Below are positions 19,762-28,500 of a DNA stretch of 64,000 nt, piece after piece (positions within the stretch are counted from its first letter, which is position 1; each line of letters begins with the position of its first letter). This DNA comes from Euryarchaeota archaeon UBA558 (GTDB taxonomy: Archaea > Thermoplasmatota > Poseidoniia > Poseidoniales > Thalassarchaeaceae). The notes beneath the pieces were generated by a model. The model was given only the letters and a program-made list of their open reading frames with translations. It was not told where the DNA came from and did no database searches. The DNA lies in contig DAZE01000012.1 in NCBI GenBank assembly GCA_002507175.1, forward strand, positions 91,353 through 155,352, written 5' to 3'. The position numbers and the translations under genes are program-made.

Positions 19762-20457
19762 TCAAGAACCCCTCGCTGCTCTGACCAGTGCTGAGTACAT
19801 TTGGAATTGATTTATCCTCTCTGGGTGCCATTGAACCCCGTGGAAAAACCTGTGGGAGGGTTTCTCAACTGCTTCTATCAAACCATCGTGGGAAGCCCTA
19901 CCAGTGACGATTAGACTACCAGCGTTTTCAACTCCCTGATGATGTGTTGAATTCACTGAAACTTTGGGTCCCAATTCCGAGTGGACAAGAGTTCCAGGAA
20001 CCAATTCAACATGATGGTCAGAAACTCCCCCATTCCACGAGCCATGTGATTCATAGCCACTAGTGTTGGGTAAATGTTGATGCATGTGGCCCCCCTCGAC
20101 TACGCACATCATTTGCATACCCCTGCAGATCCCAAGGATTGGCAAATCTGATTCAATCGCTGCCTCAATCAGCAGTTTCTCTCTTTGGTCCTGCAGTGGG
20201 TAGGTATCGAGCGTATTTGGGTCAAGTTCGGCACCGTACATTGACGGGTCAATGTCGGGACCACCTGATATCACTAAACCGTCCAATGCGTGAATAACAT
20301 CTGGCATCCCATCATCAGGAGGAAGAATCACTGGTATGCCACCGGATTGAACGATGGCGATTGAATAGGTTGCTGGCATCACGGTGGCGTCCATATCCCA
20401 AGGCCCCCACTTAGTCAGCCTAGTGGGGGCGGTGATCCCTATGATTGGACGACCCAT
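19762..20457 (-). CDS. Class I glutamine amidotransferase-like / peptidase C26 (gamma-glutamyl-GABA hydrolase PuuD-like)
   Basis: The nucleophile elbow is present (LGICRGMQ). The C-terminus has HHQ..(V)..VQWHPE, typical of the C26 family. Confidence 0.75.
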   Translation of the reverse strand: MGRPIIGITAPTRLTKWGPWDMDATVMPATYSIAIVQSGGIPVILPPDDGMPDVIHALDGLVISGGPDIDPSMYGAELDPNTLDTYPLQDQREKLLIEAAIESDLPILGICRGMQMMCVVEGGHMHQHLPNTSGYESHGSWNGGVSDHHVELVPGTLVHSELGPKVSVNSTHHQGVENAGSLIVTGRASHDGLIEAVEKPSHRFFHGVQWHPERINQFQMYSALVRAARGS

Positions 20458-20502
20458 ACATCCCCCTAGAGGCCAGTGCCAATGAACTAATCCCTCGTGC
20501 CG

Positions 20503-21192
20503 TCAGGATGAGTTGGAGGCGTTCACTAAGGCAGAGATCAGATCTTTCTGCCCCAAGGCCTCAGGGTGCCATTGAACGGAAATGAAGAAGTCGGATTCAC
20601 TATCCTCCAAACCTTCAATCAATCCGTCCTCCGATCTTGCATTGATTGTGAGTGTCCCAGGGTCCGAGACTCCCTGGTGATGCGCTGAATTCACAATGCA
20701 ATGATCATCCAAAATCGAAGATAATGAGGTTCCACTCATGACTTCAACCACATGCTTAGACCAATTCCCGCCCCATGCTCCATGCGACTCAAATGGAGTT
20801 GTAGTCGGGAGATGTTGATACAAACTCCCTCCATGGGCGACAGCGATCAGTTGATGGCCTCTGCATATCCCAAGAACAGGGATGTTCTTTCTCTTTGCTT
20901 CTTTTATAAGTGCAATTTCCCACTGGTCTTGAGAAAGTCGTGTATCAGTTGTCTCTGGAGCAGATTCTTGGTTGTAATTCGATGGGTCGACATCCCTCCC
21001 TCCAGCAATTATCAACCCATCCAGAGCGTCCAAGACGGAGCCCGGGTCAGTACCTTCGGACAGGATCAGTGGCGTTCCGCCACATTCCTCAATGATTGAC
21101 GGGTAATTCCATGGAAGCATCACTACGTCCCGATCTTCGGACTCATAGTCTCTCTTGTTTACAGAGGAAGTTATGCCTATTCTCGGTTTCAT
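20503..21192 (-). CDS. Class I glutamine amidotransferase-like / peptidase C26, tandem paralog
   Basis: The architecture matches 19762..20457 (LGICRGHQ, HHQGV, VQWHPE). Its ATG shares one nt with the stop of the upstream membrane ORF. Confidence 0.75.
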   Translation of the reverse strand: MKPRIGITSSVNKRDYESEDRDVVMLPWNYPSIIEECGGTPLILSEGTDPGSVLDALDGLIIAGGRDVDPSNYNQESAPETTDTRLSQDQWEIALIKEAKRKNIPVLGICRGHQLIAVAHGGSLYQHLPTTTPFESHGAWGGNWSKHVVEVMSGTSLSSILDDHCIVNSAHHQGVSDPGTLTINARSEDGLIEGLEDSESDFFISVQWHPEALGQKDLISALVNASNSS

Positions 21193-21590
21193 CAGTCACC
21201 CTCGCGACTCAATCTTGCATGCCTGAACGATTTGATGCCCGCGAATAGGAATGCTATACCTAGTGTGGTTAGCAGTATGTGTGAGATGAGAACAAGTCCT
21301 GACATGTCACTGAAGCTTATTGCTAACCTAGACCCGCCTGCCAACGCCATCAAAAGTGCCACTACCATGGAAGCATGCATGAAGTGATGTCTGTTTGTTG
21401 GGCTGTAATCAGATAATGTGCCCATGATTAGCAGGGGGGCCCCCATGAATGATGGAATCAAGGCTGTGATCGATGGTGGGTCAGACGTTTGGGTGAGATA
21501 CGAGAATACCCCCCAGACAACTAGAATGCCCCCGAAAGCTTTTGATAGGTTTGGTATTGACATTCCCCATTGTTTGAAATCATTGGTCAT
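21192..21590 (-). CDS. Hypothetical membrane protein (about 4 TM)
   Basis: The 132-aa ORF is hydrophobic. It is translationally coupled (TGATG) to the downstream C26 gene. Confidence 0.4.
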   Translation of the reverse strand: MTNDFKQWGMSIPNLSKAFGGILVVWGVFSYLTQTSDPPSITALIPSFMGAPLLIMGTLSDYSPTNRHHFMHASMVVALLMALAGGSRLAISFSDMSGLVLISHILLTTLGIAFLFAGIKSFRHARLSREGD

Positions 21591-21704
21591 GGTACCAGCG
21601 AGGGGCCCGCGATTTATCAGGCTCTCTGTCGGTGAAGCACTCTGATTTAGTGAGGACCCACACTAACTGGGGCAGAATGATCGATAGGTTGTTGGATTCG
21701 GATT

Positions 21705-23669
21705 CTATGCTGGTAATCCGTCTGATTGTTTCTCGTCTTCCACAATCTTCTCCCAGAGTATCTCTGCGAGATCCTTGACATCCATCTCGCACCCTATTGA
21801 ATCAAGCCCGTCCTTGACCATAACAGAGCAGAACGGACAGCCTATGGCGACTGTGTCAGCCCCTGTTTCGGCTAATTCTTTGGCGCGTATCACGTTTACA
21901 CGTTTGTCGGCATCCTCCTCCATCCACATCTGGGCACCCCCAGCACCGCAGCAGAATGAGTCGGTTCCATGTCTCTCAGGTTCCACATCAACGCCACCGA
22001 TGACTGAGCGAGGCGCTTGTGTCTCTCCACCTATTCTTCCGAGGTAGCAAGGATCATGGAAGGTTATGTTGTCCTCTCGTTCCTCTATTTTCGGCAAATT
22101 GCCTTCATCTTGCAACTTGGCAAGAATTTGGGAGTGATGGAGCACCTCGAGTTCGTCGGCCCCATAGTCCGGGTATTCTTTGCCGAGTGTGTGGAAACAG
22201 TGTGGGCATGAGGCAACGATTCTCTTTACCCCCAACTCTTGGAAGGTGGACAAATTTGATTCAGCAAGCATTTGGAATAGATATTCGTTTCCAGCCCGCC
22301 TCGCGGGGTCTCCTGAGCAACCTTCTTGCATACCCAGTATCCCAACATCCAGACCAGCTTCCTTCAGTAGGGATATGGTGGCACGAGCAACTTTTTGATT
22401 GCGTTCATCGAAACTCGCCGCACATCCGACGAAATAGATGTACTCTGCTGGCTCCCCGATTTTAATGTCGAGGTCTTTCGCCCAATCGCCCCTCTCGTGC
22501 GCTCCAAATCCATACGGGTTGGAACCAGATTCCAGGTTCCCCATCGCCACATTGAGTTGCTCAGGATACTCCATGGTCTCCATCATTGCATTGCGTCTTA
22601 GGTCAGTCAATTTCGGCACGTGTTCGATGTATAGTGGGCATGCATCTACGCAGGCGTGACAGGTTGTGCATGCCCACACTGCATCTGCTGTCAACCGCTG
22701 CATCATTGTCTCATCTGGTTTGTCCCCCGCGAGTAATATCGGGGCATGCTCGTTTGCAAATGATCTCACGTCGTGAACAATTTGCATCGGGTTGAGTGTC
22801 TTCCCTGATTCGTATGCCGGACAGACGTCTTGGCATCTAGCACATGATGTACACGCCCAACCGTCAATCAGCTGCCTCCAGCTGTATTGGTCGTAGGTAG
22901 TCACTCCAAACGTATCGATATCCAAGTCCTCCAATGGCACGGCAAGACCGTTCTCACCAATAGCCAATGGACGCATTTTCGCCATCGGGGTCCGATCAAA
23001 GAAGAATACGTTAGGGAGGGCCATCACAAGGTGCATGTGTTTTGACAACGGAATCAAAATCAGAAAACTAAAGATTGCGACCATGTGCATCCAATACGAA
23101 GCAATGATTACCGTTTGAGACAATCCAATTCCGGAGACTAGGTATCCTAGTGGCTCCCACAACTTGGATGGCCCTTCCCCGGATTCAATTATGAACGAGG
23201 TGGAGGTGATCGTCAAGATTAGTAGGAGTATGAAATTGCCCTCCAATTGGGACTTTCCTTTCAGCTTCTCGGGCGTGAATACGACCCTTCTGGCTAGAGC
23301 GGCAACACAACCGACGAGCGCCGATGCATATCCCAACTCCACCATCCCATTCCAAGGCCCGACCAATGCACTCGGTAGGAGGCTGCCTGAGAACCAATTG
23401 GCAGTTGCAAGATCCAGCATGTCGCTTGATAGCATCAAGAAGCCCCAGAACATCAGGACGTGCAGAATTCCGACGACCCTCTCTTGGAGCACTCTTTTCT
23501 GTCCAAGCCAACCTGTTGCTACCTCCATAACTCTGCTGGCCCAGGCATCTGTTCTGTGATCTGGTCCACCGATGAGCACTAACCGTATGGCCTTTTGAAC
23601 TTGATAAACAAAAAAGCTTACAGAAGCCCCACCAAGTAATAACAAGAACACCCATCCGGGAACACCCAA
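21705..23669 (-). CDS. Membrane Fe-S oxidoreductase: NarI/DsrM-like polytopic N-domain fused to an HdrD/GlpC-like domain (2x[4Fe-4S] + 2 CCG domains)
   Basis: The N-terminal half has 5-6 TM helices with conserved His residues. Two ferredoxin motifs are present (CTSCARCQDVCP and CTTCHACVDACP). These are followed by cysteine-rich CCG-type regions (GCSGDP; FCCGAGG...IGCPFC). The apparent start is a TTG. Confidence 0.75.
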   Translation of the reverse strand: MGVPGWVFLLLLGGASVSFFVYQVQKAIRLVLIGGPDHRTDAWASRVMEVATGWLGQKRVLQERVVGILHVLMFWGFLMLSSDMLDLATANWFSGSLLPSALVGPWNGMVELGYASALVGCVAALARRVVFTPEKLKGKSQLEGNFILLLILTITSTSFIIESGEGPSKLWEPLGYLVSGIGLSQTVIIASYWMHMVAIFSFLILIPLSKHMHLVMALPNVFFFDRTPMAKMRPLAIGENGLAVPLEDLDIDTFGVTTYDQYSWRQLIDGWACTSCARCQDVCPAYESGKTLNPMQIVHDVRSFANEHAPILLAGDKPDETMMQRLTADAVWACTTCHACVDACPLYIEHVPKLTDLRRNAMMETMEYPEQLNVAMGNLESGSNPYGFGAHERGDWAKDLDIKIGEPAEYIYFVGCAASFDERNQKVARATISLLKEAGLDVGILGMQEGCSGDPARRAGNEYLFQMLAESNLSTFQELGVKRIVASCPHCFHTLGKEYPDYGADELEVLHHSQILAKLQDEGNLPKIEEREDNITFHDPCYLGRIGGETQAPRSVIGGVDVEPERHGTDSFCCGAGGAQMWMEEDADKRVNVIRAKELAETGADTVAIGCPFCSVMVKDGLDSIGCEMDVKDLAEILWEKIVEDEKQSDGLPA

Positions 23670-23808
23670 ATAATCGATTAGAAGAGGGTGTTCGATTCAA
23701 ACCACGTCCTAGGGGGGGCGTCCCGCTGACCCTATTTAGTGGGTGCGAGCCCTTGAATGATGCTATGCCACGCGAAGCCACTATGCCAGATGGCCGATCT
23801 CGGCGAAC

Positions 23809-24774
23809 ATGGTCAGAGCATACGCCCCTGGCAAAGCCATCCTTTTCGGGGAGCATGCAGTGGTCTACGGCCACCCTGCGGTAGCGGTGGCCATAAGTAG
23901 GGGGGTCGAGGTGTATATCTCTGAGTCCAAATCTTGGACCGTTGAGAATCGGCCCTTGTGCCCAAATCGGCATCCACACCTCAATTGGCTAGTCAAGAGA
24001 AATCAATTGACTGACAGGCCAATGTCGATAAAAATATCAAGTGAACTTTTCCCTGCGGCAGGCCAAGGGTCCTCTGCAGCGCTATCTGTTGCAGCACAAC
24101 TCGCCTTGGCAGAATCCATGGGACTTTCGACGAATCCTGTCGATGCTGCCATCACGGCACATCAAGCGGAGGCCCACGCACAACTCGGACGCGCAAGCCC
24201 CACAGACACCGCAACTAGCTCCTTGGGCGGCTGTGTAGTCGTGTCTAAGAATCTCTCGGGGACGGCAGACCCTATTTTCCAAGCAACTCTCGACACCCCA
24301 GAAGGAGTAATGGATTGGGATGTTGGAGCAGTGGACCTTACTTTTGATGACATGCCACATATCGTCCTCGGACACTCTGGGGACCCCTCCCAAACTGCAA
24401 AAATGGTTTCCATGGTCGCAGAGCTTATTTCCGAGAACCAGGAGAAGAAAAAGGACCTGGACTCCATCGGAGAATTAACCCTGATGGGGTTGGTAGCATT
24501 GAGATCGGGAGCCTGGGAAGCTGTTGGCATGACTATGGATGTGTGCCATGAGAAGCTAAGATCCCTGGGCCTGAGTACACCAATGCTTGAAACCCTGATT
24601 GAGGCCGTGCGTCCACATAGCCTGGGCGCTAAAATAACAGGTTCCGGTGGCGGCGGATGCATGATGGCATTGACCTATAACCCAGAAAGGGTGGCTCAGA
24701 TGATAGAGATGAGTGGAGGAAGGGCAATAATCACCCCCATGTACTGCGATGGTGCCAGAATTTTGAGTTCGTGA
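23809..24774 (+). CDS. mvk: Mevalonate kinase
   Basis: The N-terminus is APGKAILFGEHAVVYG. GHMP motifs are present (AGQGSSAA and KITGSGGGGCMMAL). Confidence 0.85.
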   Translation: MVRAYAPGKAILFGEHAVVYGHPAVAVAISRGVEVYISESKSWTVENRPLCPNRHPHLNWLVKRNQLTDRPMSIKISSELFPAAGQGSSAALSVAAQLALAESMGLSTNPVDAAITAHQAEAHAQLGRASPTDTATSSLGGCVVVSKNLSGTADPIFQATLDTPEGVMDWDVGAVDLTFDDMPHIVLGHSGDPSQTAKMVSMVAELISENQEKKKDLDSIGELTLMGLVALRSGAWEAVGMTMDVCHEKLRSLGLSTPMLETLIEAVRPHSLGAKITGSGGGGCMMALTYNPERVAQMIEMSGGRAIITPMYCDGARILSS

Positions 24775-24785
24775 TGGATTGCACT

Positions 24786-24808
24786 CACTTATATATCATA
24801 TATAAGTG
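24786..24808. promoter_or_regulatory. Perfect 23-bp palindrome containing two opposed TATA-like boxes, immediately upstream of tbp
   Basis: The sequence cacttatatatCatatataagtg has 11-bp perfect arms around a central C at 24797. The left TTATATAT box lies about 26 nt upstream of the tbp ATG at 24818, which is consistent with a leaderless archaeal promoter. Confidence 0.6.
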
Positions 24809-24817
24809 CCAATCTGT

Positions 24818-25534
24818 ATGAAGAGCGATGAAGAGCGACTAACAGTAGTGAATGTAGTCGCATCAACACGTGTTGCCGAAGAACTTGACCTACCTGACAT
24901 CGCAATCCAGTTGAACTGTGAATACGAACCAGAGCAATTTCCAGGAGTCGTTTACAGAGTAGTAGACCCAAAGTTAGCCATACTCATGTTCAGGTCAGGT
25001 AGGGCAGTGTGCACAGGCGGTAAAAATGAGGAGAATATTCAGGAAGGAATAACCAGAATGATTGGTGATCTCAGAGCGGCAGGCATCGACACATGGGAGG
25101 TCGAAGACGTAAAAATCGAAGTCCAAAATATGGTTGCCACCTATGCTCTGCACTATCCGGAGGATTACGACGGCACTGCTAGGATGGATGACATCAACAC
25201 TCGCGTGATCGACCTTGACGGGGGCGAAATAAGGCCTGCGACTGACGAAGAGGTAGAAGCAGAAGACCCTAGAATCAGGGGCATAAAGGAAGGCGAACCA
25301 CTTGCCACTATGCCACGCAAACTCAACCTCAACAATCTAACTTTCCACTTGCCCTTCGACAAGGTCGAATACGAGCCAGAACAATTTCCCGGCCTCATAT
25401 ACAGATTGGACTTCCCACGAGTAGTCTGCCTAATCTTCGGGAGTGGAAAGATGGTAATAACAGGGGCTAGGCGAAAGGACGAGATCCTTGAGGCAGTCCA
25501 ATTCATCCAGGATGAATTAGCAGACTTGCTTTGA
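24818..25534 (+). CDS. tbp: TATA-box binding protein with a large insertion in repeat 2
   Basis: Two TBP pseudo-repeats are present (VVNVVAS...EYEPEQFPGVVYRV...FRSGRAVCTGG and VQNMVAT...EYEPEQFPGLIYRL...FGSGKMVITGA). The ORF opens at a GTG at 24806, but I prefer the ATG at 24818. Confidence 0.85.
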   Translation: MKSDEERLTVVNVVASTRVAEELDLPDIAIQLNCEYEPEQFPGVVYRVVDPKLAILMFRSGRAVCTGGKNEENIQEGITRMIGDLRAAGIDTWEVEDVKIEVQNMVATYALHYPEDYDGTARMDDINTRVIDLDGGEIRPATDEEVEAEDPRIRGIKEGEPLATMPRKLNLNNLTFHLPFDKVEYEPEQFPGLIYRLDFPRVVCLIFGSGKMVITGARRKDEILEAVQFIQDELADLL

Positions 25535-25575
25535 TTTACACAACAGTTGATTAAATCAAATGCACTAGATCCTAC

Positions 25576-28500
25576 ATGGGACCCAATTCGAGACCAAAGT
25601 TGGGGGCAATATCTGCAACGTTAGCGATCCTGCTTGTTTCAGTCCCGATACACAGCGACACTGAGTCCGTCTTGCAAAGCGAGACAAAATCAGCCGAAAC
25701 ATCAATTGGGAATTCATTCATCGACGCCCCAACATGGAGAATAAACGATCGATGGGTCTATTCCGGAGAATTAGACGTTTACGATTTCATCGTTGACAGC
25801 GGCGTTTCTACGAACGTGAATTCACTCATCGGAACGCTGGATGTTCAGGTTGAAAGCATAAATCTGGTAGATGTAGGTGGGATTCAAACACTCGCCTACA
25901 CCGTGGCCGGAACCGGCGACTACAGGGCAGACAACGTTCAGCTGGAAGGGCAGAACGGCGACGTGGTCGTCGAAATTGACACGATCTCCATAATCCGTAT
26001 CAGTGACATGGCCGTTATTTCCCAGACAGCCACGATCGATATCGAATTTGATCCGGCATTCGGATGGATTTGCTTCTTCATATCATGCGACATCGCATCC
26101 ATAACCGCCTCCAACGAATATTGGCCCCCCCTCGAGAGGCATGACTTTCCCCTAAGTGTCGGCGACACCTGGGTAAACAACTACACTGTGAATACGACCT
26201 ATTCAGGCAGCTCGAGTTATGTGACGATCCCTCAATCGACAAGCGACCAGGTTGAGACAACATCGACAGTTGTGCAAGCCGGATACCCTGGGGTACCTCA
26301 ATCCGGCTGTTCAGTCAGCTACAATGTTACTGCTACAGACGTGAATGGAAGCTTAGTCGGATATGGATGGCACTGCGATTCGATGAAAAACGATGTAGTC
26401 ACCCTGAACGAGGTCACTTTGGGCCTCATGGCCAGACACGAAATTGACTATTCTACGCTGTCACCCAGGCCCTATGTCATTGATGTAGAACCCATGTATC
26501 CCCTTGCACCATTTGGCTTAACCTCGCCCATATGGGTAAATGTAAGCAATGCCAACGGGGCGCCAATTGCAAACGAGGAAATCGAATTCAGGTATGATCC
26601 CACTGGAGAAGTCCAGACACTGACAACTGAGTCCAATGGATCCGCTTTCACGACTCTGAATTATGGATTTCGAGCAGACGAGTCTTTAGTGGTCGGCGAG
26701 CATGGCTCTCATGGGATTATTGCAAGAATTGTAAACACAGACCACATAGGGATATCCACGATTACATTAGACCCAGATATTTACGAAGTTGACCTAAAAA
26801 TCGAATCCACCTCTATCTCCGTCCAAAGGAATAGGAGTGGAGAGATTCAATCGATTACAGCCCCCTTCAACGCTGTCCCGGGAGACTTAATGACCATGAC
26901 CGTTCCAATCATCAACGAAGGACTCAGAACATCCCCGAGTGGCACTCTGACCTCTCAGGCCAGTCAGGGCGCTGTTGGAGTCCTATCCTTCCCACCCCTA
27001 GCATCAATGGAGTCACACACAGCACAATTCCAATGGCTGGTACCAGAATCCACTGGGATGGAATTGATCTCCTTCACCATTGACACGAACACCCCCGACA
27101 CCAATCCGTCAAATGACATCACAGAGGTTTTCATCTACGTGGGTAGGCTTCCAATCGCAGACATTAACGTACCAGATAACCATCTCACCCTCTCTCAAGT
27201 TGTAATCGACGCCACATCATCATTTGACCCAGATGGAGGTACGGTTTCCTGCAAAATGGACATAGAGACCCCTGAGGGGGAATATCAATCATTACACGGC
27301 TGCCAACAAACCCAAAGTTGGTCAAATGATGGAACATACGACATACTGCTCACCGTCACTGATGAAGAAGGCGACAAAGCCGAACTGTCAACTCAAATAG
27401 ACATCATGAACAGACCCCCTGACATATCAATTAACCAACCCATCCAACCAATTGTGATAGGTGAACAAGTGACTCTTACGCTTGAATCCTACGGGGACCT
27501 CGATACAACCACTCCATCTTCCCCTGTCAGCATCTTGTGGAATGAGACATGTTTGGAAGGCCGAATCACCACATCCTGCACCTTCTCCCCAAATTCCGAG
27601 GGTGCGTACAGAGCATCAGTCACAGCGACTGATGATGATGGACACTCCACTGAGGCAAATGCCACGATATCCGTTCTGAATGCTGCCCCTGAGCTAGCCC
27701 ACCTTCATGTATGGATGGGGCCAAATCGACTTTCGGCAGACTCTAGGGGGCTGTTCACCGTGAACGAGGGTGAAGTGCTGAGATTTACGGCCAAAGTCGA
27801 GGATACAGCGGACGACATTCCATCACTCATGGCAATCTGGAGACCGGATGCAGACTCTATCCCGTCTTTGTTGATCGAAGACTATGGCCCGGAATTTGAG
27901 ATTGAGCACACATTCACTAAATCAGGATTCCACCTCCTAGCATTCGAGGCATTCGACAATGACGATGCCTCTACAGGCGTAACTACAGTCCCTGTCGAGG
28001 TGATCAACACGCCACCCACGATCGATCCGATTTCACCCCCTCTTCCTGTGTTTGAAGACTCCCCAATACAGATAACGGTGAACATAAGGGACACCCAATC
28101 CGATCTCGAGACGATGTCGATTTGCTGGGATCTTGACACCTACTCAGACTCGTCAGGATCAGGACTCATGGACGACGATTGCGATTACGAAGGTACGACA
28201 TTCGAATACACATGGGGCGAATCATCCCAGTCACCGAACAGCATCCTGTTACATGTGACTGATGATGATGACTCGATGGCCTCAGTAGAAATACCGCTCA
28301 CGATCAAGAACAAACCCCCAATTGCTCTCGGTGAGGCCTCAGACACCATATTGATGGAAGGGGATCAGGTCATCTTTACTGCAATTGGGTCAACTGACAC
28401 TCCCTCGGATGTACCACACCTCAACTTTGCATGGGATCTCGACACCAACTCCGACTCGGACGGCGATGGCAATCCGACCAACGATCGAGACATGATTGGA

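Noticed and set aside
23185-23979. 264-aa ORF on the minus strand spanning the 5' end of the Fe-S oxidoreductase gene, the intergenic region and the mvk start
   Set aside because: It overlaps two well-supported genes in other frames or strands. Its composition is Arg/Gly/Pro/Cys-rich and unlike a real protein. This is typical of a spurious antisense ORF.
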